A model generated the notes under the pieces. It did not search any database. It saw only the letters and a list, made by a program, of their open reading frames with translations, and was not told the DNA's origin. 64,000 nt of DNA from Chara braunii (lineage: Eukaryota > Plantae > Charophyceae): assembly GCA_003427395.1 (NCBI GenBank), contig BFEA01000001.1, positions 1,050,348-1,114,347 of the forward strand, in the 5' to 3' direction. Within the stretch, counting starts at the first letter, position 1, and every line of letters starts with the position of its first letter. Positions 11,899 to 25,471 of the stretch are shown in pieces. Position numbers and translations under genes: made by a program.

Positions 11899-14800
11899 AT
11901 GGAAGAGTTCAGGAGAGTGGCAAATGCAAAGGTCAACCGGGGAGACTGGAAGCATCAAGGGATTGTCATTCGGTCTTGGAACATAAATGGGTTGGGTAAT
12001 ATCATAGACAAGGAAGACAAATGGAATGACTTAATCAAAGGTCTAACAGTATACAACAAGAAACTAGCAGACATTATACTACTTCAAGAAACCCATCTTA
12101 CTCTCTCTCCAGAACACAAGATGATCAGAAATTTTGTAACAAGGAAACTGGGAGGTGTTAAGGAAGAAATCTGGGCGGACAACACCTCGAGCACGAAAGG
12201 CACAACCATTCTGATTCCCAATTCCTCTCGCTTTCATTTGGCAGGAAGCGTCCTGGACAAGAAAGCTGACCTTAATGATGGTAGGTGGTACTTCATGCAC
12301 GTTAAGTTGAAAGACGCAAAATTCTTTCTATTCAACATTTATGCTCCAAATAACTCAGCAGAAAGATCATCCTTTGTGGCGAACTTGGGCAGCATGCTCC
12401 CACCATTATCATCGTGTATGGTGGCTGGCGACTGGAATGCCACTCTCGACCCCTCGACAAATCGTATATCCCGATCTTCCAACTCATACAACTCACAAGA
12501 GGCGTTACCAATCCAGAAATTGATGTTAGACCACACCTTGGTAGAACCATTCAGAACCATGCATCCCACCTCAAGAACCTTCTCACTAGTCAAGAAGAAC
12601 CACGCTCATCACACGGCCTTCTCGCGTATTGATTACTTCCTGGTATCGAAGACAACGATGGTGACGGTTAAGAGTGCAGAAATCTTACAATTGGCACCAT
12701 ATCCAGGTCTAGACCATAAACCAATTGAATTAATAATCAGCTTTGAACAATGGGTGAGAAAAGAAGCCAACTTTCATAAATTAAATAACTCCCTCCTGCT
12801 AAGCCAAAGGAGCCAGCTTTCATAAATTAAATAACTCCCTCTTGCTAAGCCATAATTTCCAGGAAGGGGTACGTCATTGCTGGCACGAACGGAGAAACAC
12901 CTGTTTACCCACTCATGATCGATGGGAATGGTTTCAAGAAAGTTACTCTACCCTTTCGAAGACAACGGCAAGAATTTCAAGAAAGCTAGCAACCATAAGA
13001 AAGCAAAGGAGGCAGAATCTGGAATATGCGTTAAAGATCGAAGAATCCAATCTGAGCGACAACCCATCATCCTTGTTATACGCTGAAATTTTCAAGAAAG
13101 CACGGGAAGAGCTGGCTATGTGGAGGTGGTGGGACCTAAAAGGCCTGCAAATAAGAGCCAAAATGAATGAATACGAACTTAGTGAATCAATGCCGAAACA
13201 TTTCTTCGCCCGTATCAAAGCCAACTCGAGGGCGACCACTATAGAAAGACTGAAAACTCTTAGTGATCCGAGAGAGACAGTGGCTACCAGCGAGGGGATG
13301 CTGGGAATAGCAAAGGACTTCTACCAAGATTTGTACCAAACCAAAACCTAGTCACCTATCCCACCTGCCATAAAGGAAGCAAGACAAAGAATGCTGCAAT
13401 ATCTGGAACAGGCGATATCAATAGAGCAAGCGGAAGCTTTAGACAAGCCATTAACAATGGACGAACTCCTCCAAGCACTCAAGAGCATGAATAACGACAG
13501 ATCGCCAGGGATTGATGGGTTAACAAAAACATTCTGGGAGAAATGTTGGCCACTCTTAGGGGGAGACTTAATGAACTTCTACAAGAACAGCTGGGACAAA
13601 GAGGGTCTTGGCAACCTCTTGAGTGGCAGTGTCGTCACACTGCTGTACAAAAAGGGAGACGAAGAGGACATTAGAAATTACAGACCAATTTCATTACTAA
13701 CGCTCCCTTACAAGATCCTAGCCAAAACTCTCTCCGCCAGGATTACGAACTTAACAGACAAATGTTTCCACATTGACCAAACAGGCTTCATCCCTGGACG
13801 ATACATATTGGATAATGTATTGACCCTAAATGAGGCAGCGAACAAAGTCAGAGAAAGGAGGATTAGCACAACTATACTCTTCTTTGACTTTGAGAAGGCG
13901 TACGACCAAGTTAATTGGTCTTTCATGGATGCGAGTATGGAACGAATGGGCGTGGGACCTAACTTTAGGAAGTGGGTCCGAATTCTGCACAATGATGCCA
14001 CAGGCTGCGTATAGGTAAATGGGTTCCTATCAGAAAGCTACCCAATCTCCCGTTCGGTCCGGCAAGAAGACCCACTCGCCCCCTCGATCTTTTTATTCGT
14101 AATGGAAGCCATTGTGTCATTCCTACGAAAGGATCCCTCAATTCATAAGCTTCCAGAGGTCAATGCGGGGTCAGCTCACCACATGAATTTTCCGACTGCG
14201 ATTATGTTTGCAGATGACCTTACGGTTCTGATCAGAGCCTCCAACTCCTCATTTAAAACCTTGGCTAAAGCAATGGAAGCCTTCAGATTGGCATCGGAAA
14301 TGAGGATTAATTGGAAGAAGACGATTGGGTGGTGGCTTTTTGATGAGGATCTTCCTTATCTGCAAGGGCCCGAGGCCGCCATGATGTGGGATACGCCGAA
14401 TACCCCTACCCGCTACCTGGGTATTCTTATAACTAGGGAGGGTCTGGCGCCCCAGATGGCCCAAAACATGCTAGCAAAGCAGATAAACAAGTTAGGGAGA
14501 TCGGGGAATAAATTCGCCTCACTAATTGGTCGAGCTTTGGTACTCAACACATCGGTGTTTTCACATGATGTGCTATATAGCCTCGATATTGACAACATCG
14601 GGTAGCTCAATAAAGGAACTCAACTGCACAACAAGGATCGATCTATGGACAGGAAATCCCAGCAAAAAAGGGTGCATCCCCAAGATTGCATGGCAATACA
14701 TCATTAGGAAGCCGGTGCAGGGGGGTCTAGGGATTATAGACCCTAAATATGAGACAAAAGCCCTCCAAGTTAAATGGATAGTCAAACTCTTGATGAAGCC

Positions 14801-16419
14801 AGAAAGCGCGTGGAACAAACTGGCATTAGACAACATTAGAGCTTTGGCTCCAGTAGCCTTGCCAGAAAATATGACGGGGCTGTTTTGGATAACAAGGAAT
14901 GGAACCTGAAAACAGGCAGGAGAAGACCAATAACGGAATCTGATTGGACACAGCCAAACGCCCTACCCCATACTGGTCGGCCCTGGTTCGGATCTGAAGA
15001 GAAATATTACCAAAAAAGACCAATAGACCAAAATCCAAAGATGAGGTTTTAAGACGACCGCTGTTTGTCAATGATTGGGTGAAAGTCGAAAGTGATAATT
15101 CTCTGTATTTAGATCACAAATGGCTATCGTGGGCCAAAAAACGGGGTATGGACAGTAAGCCACCTATGGAACGAAGAAAGGAAAGAATGGGTGACCGAAC
15201 AGGAGTTGAGCACACGTCTGAAGGGTTGCCACAAATGAGGGCCCAATCTCCATTATATTATTAATCGCATCCTACAAGACTTGAAATATATTTTGAATGA
15301 AGCGTCTCCCTGGATGCTCGGAGAATGGGGAGTTAAAGTGCAAGAGTCCCCTCCATCACGAGCCTTCCAATTTTCACACATGCAACTGGGATCAACCACC
15401 AAAGCCGTCTTTTCCTCCTTCCCGATCTCCCCGTCCAAGTAGGGCATGCCATCTATACTAAACAAAGAAGTGGAATCGGCAGTCATGGATTTCTTCTTAC
15501 TTAGGAAAGGAAGGGTACTAGGCTCATGGCTTAAGTTCATTTTCAGACCAGATACGGCAGTACACAATCTGGAATTCGACCCGGCAGAGTGGGTCTGGAC
15601 ACCGGACAAGGATAGGAATATCAAGGTTCATGTCCCCATAGAGAACTACACAGTTAAATTTGGATACAAACTCTTGGTCAAAACAAAAGACCCAGATCCT
15701 ATAATCAAGGCCAGATGGCAGAATCTAATAGGCCAGGAAGCTGACAAACTTACACAGATTCCGTGGAAGAAATTTAAGACTATCAGACCGATTAAAATCA
15801 GAAGCCTTCAGTGGCTTATCACATACGCTGCGCTGCCAGTTAACCAATGGCTGCATACACGACGTCACAAAAGCGATCCCCTCGAACCTATGCTCAGTTT
15901 GTACAGAAGGGGCACAAGAAGACGTGGTACACTGTCTAATTCAATGTAACGAGGCGACGAATTACTGGGCACGGGCCTCAGCCCTCTGGGACTCCCTTTT
16001 CCATACCCCCTTCCCCGAACACCCCATCCAAATCCTTCTCTGGACTAACATTCCTGACCAGTTAAAGAAGACAGAAAGGTTATGGTTCGGTCTGATTAGC
16101 AAGGTGACATTATGGATCATTTGGAAAGAGAGATGCTGCAACCATCGAAGGGCTGTCCAACCCAAGAGAGAAGGTATGGGCGGAGACGAGAACTATGCTA
16201 CAGGCTGAAATCCTCTGCAGATGGCAGAAGTTAAAGCAGTCGATGCCTGAAGACGAGGATCTGCGAGAAAAGGCTAGGAGAAAGTTCACCAGGCTGTGGT
16301 TAGTGGACGGTAAGGTGGCTGAGCTACGGAACGACCAGATTTACTGGAACTACTGGCACAATTCAGAGACAGGCAGGAGAGCCCAGACTGTGCCGGCAAC
16401 AGACAGGCAGCTGAGTTGA
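11899..16419 (+). pseudogene. LINE ORF2 (APE endonuclease, RT, zf-RVT-like C-terminus) with stops and frameshifts
   Basis: SWNING, LQETH, NIYAP, AGDWNA, SRIDY, DHKPI; SPGIDG, NYRPISLL, QTGFIPGR, DFEKAYD, MFADDL; HCLIQC and LWIIWKERC. Confidence 0.93.
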
Positions 16420-17119
16420 AGGGAGTAAGGGACACCAGGCATCACGAACGAGAGCCAAGAGGAGAGGTAAGGAGGATTAAGATTGGTGCAGGGAGGAAGG
16501 AACCTACGTCTGTCACGGACGCTGCAAAAAGGAACCAGGTCGGACAAGGGAGAGGGCAACAAGAGCTGATACACTTGCTGACTCAGGACAGAACAGATAG
16601 CCCCCTACATCAACGAGGGATAGGTTTACAGACCGTACAACAGGAAGAGAGAACGCAAAGAGTACCCTTGGTTCACAGTCATCAGGCTGTGTCTAGAGGA
16701 GGTACAACAGAGAAGGGTTATCACGACAAGGAATGAGGGTGGGTTTAGGGTTTTAGGATCCTAATCATCCCGTAACGGCTCAGGAGCTTTAGGGTCTAAG
16801 GGTTTGGCCAGTTGAAACAGCTTAAGAGAGCGGTCTTAGGCAGATCATAACTGCTCAAGATGGACGAAGCTAGGGCTGGACAGCACCAGAGGAAACAGGA
16901 TGGAGGGTGGAGGGTGATTGGTAGACATTAAGGGGTGTTTAGGAAAAAGGAAATCGGCATATAGGCATGGTCAGAAAATGTGGGGGTTCAGGGCATGTTG
17001 AGGGATAGGGGGGTTGTTTAAGGGGCTAAACCCTTTCTTGGTTTTCGGGCCCTAANTGGCAGGTTTGTTGCAGCAGACCTGAGAGGAAAGGGTATAGCAC
17101 GGCAAGCTGACAGTCAATC

Positions 17120-17282
17120 CTCCATGCGGATGGAGTAATCAATGCTGGTCAGGGGTCCTTCGACCGTACGGAAGGAAGCGTGTGTTTGTAATTATGATGT
17201 ACTACTTTACTGACTTGCCGGTGGAATAGGAACCGGACTGATGCTCCCCAGAATGGAAAAGGAGCCAGGACCATGAGGTCCT
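17120..17282 (+). other. Conserved structured cis-RNA motif at the LINE B 3' end
   Basis: Four predicted hairpins are shared with 28538-28685 (minus), two of them with compensatory changes. Confidence 0.65.
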
Positions 17283-17375
17283 GTATTNTTAAAAAAAAAA
17301 AAAAGAAAAAAAAAAAGAAAAGAAAAGAAAAGATAGCCACGAGCTGTGATCCTATTTGCGAACTGGAGTGCACTT

Positions 17376-18530
17376 TGCAATGGATTGCAGTTTCTCATGT
17401 GGGCTGTACATTAACTGGGTTTGCTGTTTTCTTGTTTCAACGCCATCGGCACTTGATCCCGTGACCTTGTGTTCATATGTTTGTTTGTTCACCGTGTGCA
17501 TTCCAGGGCTTGATGCATAGATCTGGTACTGCTAGTCTCTGTTGGGAAGTCTTAGGCAATTGGGCCCTTTCATTTTTGTCTTTTCTGCAGCAGTTGGTTG
17601 TAGGCCCGTAGGCTTTTCCTTTGCTTGGTGGTAGGAACCTCTTGTGTCTGTTTTTCAGAGTAGATTCACGTAGACTGTGGCTGTTCGGGCTGTAGAAGGT
17701 CTTAGTCAAAGTCAGGGAGAGGTAGGCCGTACATATGGGCTGTGGGGACGGTCAGATAGGTCGGTAGGCTGTTGCTGTGTGCTGGGCCTAGGAGGTTGAG
17801 TAGGCAGAGGCCTAGGAGGTTGAGTAGGCTTGGAACGGGTTCTTTCGTCCTGGAGGGAGTGCACTGGACGTTGCTGCGTTATTTTTCCAGCTGCACAGGG
17901 GCATCGTCACCACCAGGGAGCCAACGGCCACAGTGGGGCTCGACAGCGCTGCTGGGTGGTAGTGCAAGGGCACAAGGGCCCTGACTGCTGCAGGGGGCCT
18001 CCTATTCCTGTTCTGTTGGGGTTCGAAACGGCTGCCTTCAAAGCTCTCCATAGAGGTGGCAGCCATCTCATCGTGATGTGTTGGAGTCCTTCATCCTGGG
18101 ATCTGCATTCCCTGCTGTGTGGACACATCATCTGCAAGGGCCTTCTTACGGGCTGCAGACGATTCTGTTGGATGCAGGAGGGCTGCGTGGTGCTAGCAAG
18201 GTTGCGCCATAGCTGGAGCCTGGTGGTGAGGGAGGAAGAAGAAGGCTCCCAGATATTTCGATGAAACTTGTGTAAATAATTGGTCCCTGGGTGTTAATAA
18301 CGTGGTTGGGACTCTTTGGAAAAACAGTGCGTTGATTGGCTGGGGAGAGCCGGGGATTAATTAGAATTGATTAATCTCAATTCTATTTTTGGTTTTAAAA
18401 AGTGCTTCCGCTGTGTATTCTCTCATCCGGTGTGGTGTGAATCGCTCTCTCCAAGATCTCTTCTCGTTGCGCATGTGTATGGGAAAACGTGGATGCTATG
18501 CTTTATCTCGTTTCAATCAGGCACATAACA
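17376..18530 (+). mobile_element. Solo LTR (Gypsy family related to 25472-27919)
   Basis: Termini TGCAATGG...CATAACA; 4-bp TSD ACTT at 17372-17375 and 18531-18534; colinear similarity to the LTR starting at 25472. Confidence 0.85.
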
Positions 18531-19999
18531 ACTTTCCGGGAAACTGTGGGTGCCGGAGGAGGCTCAAGGCCCATGATTCCCATGTAAATTCCTCCTTAGA
18601 TGGGACAACCCATGCCATTATTGCTGAGAGATTGGTGGTGAGAGAGTGACAGCCTTTATGTTTCCCTCTTAGCTCTTTTTCCGACTTCCATGTCCTTTTC
18701 TTTTCATGAAAGCTTCCCAATGACATTCTCCAGCCAGGAAAGCCATTTATGGTCAGCTGAAGCTGCTGATAATGGGAGGCCCGCTCTGTTAGTTATCGAT
18801 TGGTTACAGAACAGAGGTGGTCTGAGAACCTCTCCTTTGATTTCGGTCTCAGGGATAATGGTGGTACCATTTTCGGCAGAGATAGTGATATTGAGTCCCA
18901 GTAGGGTATGAGATCAGCTGTGTCTAGGCCCGTAGTAGTTCGCTTGACTCCCCTCAGCATTCACGCCTTCATTGTCCACTCCTTGGCCATGACCAAGAAA
19001 GTGCTTGCCATATTTTCAGGCATCTTGACTGGGGCCAGTTTTCACAAACCATTCCAGAGTCATTCCGACCGAAAGGAGATGTCTGTGGTGTAGGAGCTTG
19101 ACCACCCATTTCATCCAGAAGGTGATGACCCTTAGTTTTGGTGTAAAAGACCAAGACCTCCCTCTTATTGTTTCCTGGCCATATCGTGTCAGGCAAACTC
19201 CTAAATGATTGATTGTCTGTTCGGGTCTCCTGTCCGCAGGAAGGATCTGACCCTTGTCTCGAGTTCCTTCAGTCCTTCCTCAGATGGGGACCATATTGAA
19301 GACAAGCACCACAGGGACCAGAAGACTGAGATGGCTATAATCGACATCCTGGCTAGCATAGATGATTGAGATTTTCTGTAGGGTGACAACCACGATACTG
19401 CCTTGTCTACCAAACTTTGGCCCATGCCCGGCCAGGTTCCATCCTTGTTTACCATGATACCCATGCACCAGCATACATGATCCGGTATGCCTTCTGGTTG
19501 TAGGGAATGCCTGTATCTATGAGGAGTTAGATGCCCAAACTAGCGCCGTAAAGTTGTCCGCAAACCTGAGAGCTGTGGAAAGAGAGAAGTCATGGAGGGG
19601 GTTGCTGATCGATGGACAGGTCCTTGAGGAAGGAAGCAATCACATCAATGATGAAGGCAAACATCGTTGGCACCAAGGGTTTGCCTTGTCGGACTGATCT
19701 GAAAATGTGGTGTGTGTCAGACAAAACTCTGTTGACCTAAACTATGCTAGACCCACCATTGTGTTCGGCCTGTGGGACCAAGCCGTGGGCCTGATCTAGA
19801 GGCTGTGTAGTGGTCCAGTCCAATACAGCATCCCATACCAGTCCAGTCCATTCGAGTCAGTCCGCTGGGAATGCACCCCAGTTGCTGTCTGTGATATTCA
19901 GTCATCCTACGTCATGAGCCTTGGAAGACTTCATGTGTGGTGTGTGTGCGATGAGTCATAGTGTGTGCTGTGTGCTGTCATGCTTGACCAGCCTTCCAG

Positions 20000-20004
<5 letters not shown>

Positions 20005-20036
<32 letters not shown>

Positions 20037-20103
20037 NNNNNNNNNNNNNNNNNNNNNNNNNNNNNNNNNNNNNNNNNNNNNNNNNNNNNNNNNNNNNNNN
20101 NNC

Positions 20104-20134
<31 letters not shown>
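20005..20134. repeat. (TC)n, gap and poly(C) tract
   Basis: Seen directly. Confidence 0.95.
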
Positions 20135-20136
<2 letters not shown>

Positions 20137-20211
20137 AAAGCTCCAGGACAGAATCTGCCATCTTGCCAGATCAGGGTTCGCTTTTGTCGTCCAATGGTGT
20201 AATCGGGTGGC

Positions 20212-20950
20212 CGCTAATCGCGCACCCATGTCCCAGCAGCATGGCGTGGAGTGTGACAGCAAAGGGTGGCAACACATTTCTGCAGCTGCGTGGTGCCCCC
20301 CTGCAGCCAGGGCGTGGCAGCTTGGTATTGAACTCGTGCGAGGCTGTAGCCAAGGCCACACGCCCGCCCAAATGGATCTTGACATTTACCCAACCTGCAC
20401 CCAGCCAGGGGTTGAACCGAGGCAGGTGGCTTGCTCACATGCACTTTCGCCAATGCTTTAACATACTGGCCACAATTGTAATACAAATACATGGCAGCAA
20501 GCTTTTCGATAGCTGCTATGCTTGTATTTACCTTGCCCCCCCTCCCCCCCAAGCAGCACCAGTGGCACGCATGCGGCTACTTATAACTGCCCAGCCCCCC
20601 CCACCGCGGGCCGCTGCTAATCGCACACCCATGTGCCAGCAGCACGGCGCGGACTGTGACAGCAAAGGGTGCCAGCACATTTCTGCAGTTGCGCGGTGGT
20701 CCCCTGCAGCCACCACATGGCAGCTTGGTATCGAACTCACACGCGGCTGTAGCCAAGGCCCAGTGCCCGCCCTCATGGATCTTGACATTTGTCCAAGCTG
20801 CACCCAGCCAGGTGGCTTGTTCACGTGCACTTGGCCAATGCTTTAACATACTGGCCACGATTGTGGTACAAATATGCGGCAGCAAGCTTTTCATTAGCTT
20901 CCATGCTGGTATTTAACCCCCACCCCCACCCCAGCAGCAGCAGCGGCACG
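20212..20950 (+). repeat. Roughly 400-bp tandem duplication upstream of or at the start of gag
   Basis: GCTAATCGC.CACCCATGT.CCAGCAGCA... near 20213 and 20616, colinear for over 300 bp. Confidence 0.9.
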
Positions 20951-23900
20951 CACGAGATGATCCAGCTTGACAAATTCAGTGGAGGATGTGACAGACTGGA
21001 CTGCATCCATGAGATCATATCTCAAGGGGTTCACATGCCCAAAAGTCAACAAGGTGCAGTCTACAGTGGCTCTGCTTGGGGGCTCAGCTCTCAAGTGGGC
21101 TACTTCTGAGGCCAGCAAGGCCCAACAACAATCGGATGATTGGGGAGTTGCAGTATGATTGGATGGCATTTTTCAGGGCCTGGAGATATGTTTGTTGACA
21201 AGGAGAAGGCCCGAAAGGATGCAGACGAGTTGGTCAGAATTGGCCAAAGCAAATGGCAGGGACCCCTGACCAAACTCTACACAACATTCGAGCGCCTTAC
21301 CTCCACACCTGGTCTAGAGATGTCTAAGGCTGACAAACTAACTTGGTTTGTCAAGGCAGCTCCAAAGAAGTATTCCACAACCCTGTACACTGCAGGCCAC
21401 AAAGATTGGAGGGCCTTTGGCAGAGCAACACTGGATACAGAAGCTACACTTCAAATCCAGCCCACTTAGCAAGGAAGCAACTCCTCTTCCCAGAGTAGGA
21501 GGAAGGGAAAGGGAGACATGTATGGTATGGAATCTAATGATGATTCTTCAGGTCCTAGCCACTGGCCAAGACGCAGGATTCTCACCAGAGCAGATTGCTC
21601 TTGCAGTTACCCAGGCATTGATGGCCTTCTGAAAAGGGGGCACTTAATTCCAAGGTCAAAGGAACTCCACTCCCACGAAGGGGTCAGGCAAACGCCCCAG
21701 TGGTCCACAAAGCCGAACTTACCCAAGTTTGCCAGATGCCAAGTTAACCCAATGGAAGCTGCCTCTTTTCCCTGGAGAAATCTGAGAATCCAGGAAACAG
21801 ACTGGCAGAAGAGGAACGATCAGGGTGTTTGCCTCAGATGTGAGGGCAATCACTATGTGAAAAAGTGCCCAACATGAGGCAACAGTTAAAAAAAATAGAC
21901 AGGCTAGCAAAGGTTGCAGCCACCCCTGTTGAACTGAATTCATCTCCTTCTGCAGATGATTTGGCCTGTGTGCCAGACCCCATCGAGGCTGCAGCAGACT
22001 CAATGTACTCATACATTGTGCCCTTTTCCTTCAGGGTGAGCCCCTGTTTCAGGGTGAGTTTGATCAGCTTTGTTCCCTTTTCCTTCAGTTGAAAGACAAA
22101 ATGAAGGTGAAATCACAACTGATCTTCCTCAAACCTCTCATCAGTAGGACCTGATTGAAAGCCCTGTTGGACTGTGGAGCCACCATGAACTTCATTTCAC
22201 CAAATGGAGTTCAGAAACTCCATCTGAGTCTCAAAGTCACAGACTTAGAGCACCCATTGGAGATTCAGATTGGTAACTCTGAGTCAGGCAGTCAAACCGG
22301 TGATCAAAGGTGTCCCAGTCACTTTTGATGCTAAGGGGGAGGTCAAACTTTTATGTGTGTCCTCACCTTCCCTTCGATTAAGTGGCTTAAAGCCACTAAC
22401 CCTTCAATTGATTAGGCCCTGCCCAATGTTCAATTGAAGAATGCACAGGGTGAGCTAAGACCCTGTGTCTTAGCTACCGACTTTCATCCTAAGACAAGTT
22501 GTTATTGCCTGAGGGCAAGAGAGTTTTACAACTTGTTTAAGGAAACTGATCATAACAATATGTTTGTTGTTTATGTCCCACAAATAGATACATCCTCTCC
22601 TCAGTGTGACCCCATCATCCAAAAAGTGATTGATGACTTTGTTGACTTGGCTCAGGAGCCTATTGGACTTGTTCATAGGCAAACCAAACATCGCATCGAG
22701 ATCCTCCCTGGCTCTACCCCTCCCAAGGGCAGAGTGTATAGGATGTCTCCTGCTGAGTTGGATGAGTTAAGGGAACAGTTAGAGTCTCTAACTGAGAAGG
22801 GATGGATCAGGCCCAACTCTTCTGAGTATGGGGCACATGTCCTCTTTTTCCAAAGAGGAATGGTGAACTCAAAATGTGCATTGACCACAAAGGTCTGAAC
22901 AAGAATCACTAGGAAGAGCTCAGAGCCCTTGCCTAGGATCGATGATATTTTAGATATTCTGCAAGGCTACAAGGTCTTCAACAAAATTGATCTGGAATCC
23001 GAGTATCATCAGATTGAAATGCTCAACGAGGATGTGCACAAAACAACTTTCAAGACCCGGTATGACACCTATGAGTACCTAGTCATGCCATTTGGTTTGT
23101 GCAATGCACCAAGTACCTTCCAAACTTATCGTATCGTCAGACCTTTTCTATATCGTTTTGTTATTCTCTATTTAGATGACATACTAGTACTCAGCAAGAC
23201 TATTGAAGACCATGCTAACCATCTAAAACAGGTTCTGCAGATTTTGAGAGAAAACTAGCGCCTCTTTTGTCCTGTATTTGGGTCATGTCATTTCTGTAGA
23301 GGGTCTTTCCCCAGAAGCCTCTAAAGTGGCTACTGTTAAGGATTGGCCCCAACCTCAGACAGTCAGAGATATCAGGTCATTCATGGGTTGACATCTTACT
23401 AGAGGAAGTTCATAAGGAACTTCTCTACTATTGTCACCCCCCTAACTAACCTGTTGGCTAAGCATGCCCCTTCAAATGGACACCCCAATATCACTTGGCT
23501 TTCTCCAGATTGAAGAAAGCCCTTACCCAAGCATCTGTGCTCAAACTGTCTGACCCTACCTTGCAATTTGTGTTGACCACAGATGCAAGTCAGTATGGTG
23601 TAGGTGCAGTTTTGCAGCAAGATGATGGGACTAGTTTGAAACCAGTAGAATTCATGAGTTGGAAGATGAAAGTGCAAGGAATTGTATGCTCTGGCTTGTG
23701 CCCTCAAACAGTGGAGACACTTCTTACTGGGTAGACACTTCAAAATCTATTCAGATCATTCTACGTTGCAGTGGATAAAGACCCAGCGGGAATTGAATGA
23801 CAAATTGGCGAGGTACGTTCAGTTCATAGATGGTTTTGACTTTGAACTGAAGCACAAGAAAGGATGCTACAATAGATTGGTTGATGCACTCTCTCACATA

Positions 23901-25420
23901 CCTGACACTTTTGCTGCCATTGTGCATACTTACTCATTTGGGGATTCTACTAGGCAGGCCATTGCAGATGCATTTGCCTCAGGACCCAGTCTTTGGTCCC
24001 ATAGTTAGGAATTTGTAAACTGACCCCAATTCTGAGCCTGGGCATGCCTTAATCTCAAGATTGTTGTACACGATCGGCAAGGGGGAGGAACATTTGTGTA
24101 TCCCCAACGACCAGAAAATCATAACTTGATTTCATAAGGTCACGATGCTCGTGGTCATTTTGGGTTCCTAAAGACCTGTGCTGCCCTGATTCAGTGCTTC
24201 TATTGGTCTAAGATTCAAGTACTTGCGGAGTTGTGAGTTATGCCCAAGGAACAAGGTCCATAGACGACCTCCTATGAGACTACTCAAACCTTTGCCTATT
24301 CCTGATGGCCATGGTGAGTCTGTGTCCATTGACTTCACTGATCCGGGCAAGACTACTCCACGTGGCATGAGACGGGTAATGGTGTGTGTTGATCGTTTCT
24401 TTAAGTTTGTTGAGTTTATTCCCCTACCTGTCGAGGCCAGACTACCTCTGGTCAGAGAGTTTTTTGCTGAGAGGTGGGTTGATGTCAATGGTTGCCCAAC
24501 CTCCATGGGTGCCCAACCTCCATGGGTGCCCAACCTCCATTGCTAGCGACAAAGACCCTAGATTTTGCAGCGATGAGTGGCAGTCTTTTTGCAAAGACTA
24601 CCTTCATTCCAGGCTAGACATGACTTTTGGTCGGCATCCTAAAGCCAATGGACATGCTGAAGTGATGAACCAAGTCTTGTTTCAGTTGCTGCGTCCTGTG
24701 ATCACACCTGATCAGCAGGATTGGGACAAACATCTATCCAGGGCACAACTGATGTATAGCACATATGTTCACAGCACTACAGGCTTTACACCCTATAGGC
24801 TACACTTCGCAAGAGATCCAAGACAACTTCTTGATGATCTTGTTGACAAGGCTAAGCCTATACTGGCTCCTGGGACTGCAAAATTCACCAAGAGTTATGA
24901 GAGAGACCGAGAGAAACCCAGAACTAACATGTTCAAGGCCCAGAAGAGGATGATCAAACAGGCTAATAAGCATATACGGCCAGGTCACTGGGTCTGGGTG
25001 AAAAGATCTAAACTAACTGAGAAACAGGACATGTCAAGAAAGTTGTTGGATGTTTACTATGGCCCATGGCAGGTGCTTGATACTATGGGGCAGATCCATT
25101 TGGACCCTCCTATGTGCTTGCTGTACCCCCTCATATCAGGACCTATCCGGTCTTCCATGCCTCAAAACTGCTGCCTTTCACTCCTGCTGATGCATTTCCT
25201 GATAGGCCACCGCAGTTTGGACCTCCTATCCCTGGAAAGGGGTATGAAGTTGAGACCATAGAGGATCAGTGGGGCACAGGCCCCAACTGCGAATACTTTG
25301 TGAAGTTCTGCTTCCAACCTCACACAAAGGACCATTGGTTTACAAGGAACTTCTCAAGTCTGCAAATTCAGTTGTGGGGCTGTACGAGGCTCAACAGAAA
25401 GAGCAATTGCTCTGACGGTC
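20950..25420 (+). pseudogene. gag-pol (PR-RT-RH-INT-chromodomain), fragmented
   Basis: Domain motifs occur in Gypsy order across ORF fragments 21140-25479. Confidence 0.9.
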
Positions 25421-25471
25421 TCCTCATGGACACTCCTAGCTCGGGGTCCTCGCTCGCCGGGAGGGTACGAA

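Larger units (their letters stand above)
11408..17325 (+). mobile_element. L1/Tx1-like LINE, copy B; 5'-truncated within ORF1
   Basis: 17-bp TSD AGAAAAGATAGCCACGA at 11391-11407 and 17326-17342; A-rich tail from about 17291; endonuclease, RT and C-terminal Zn-binding region present. Confidence 0.95.
10750..19760 (-). mobile_element. Old LINE ORF2 remnant in three segments (10750-11407, 17326-17375, 18531-19760) hosting two nested insertions
   Basis: Minus-strand RT-like pieces (SVRQGKPL, SFLRTGDP, HKWLSW, FGYELSLKTIDP..IQKRWQ) homologous to the ORF2s of copies B and C; flanks rejoin across the TSDs. Confidence 0.7.
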
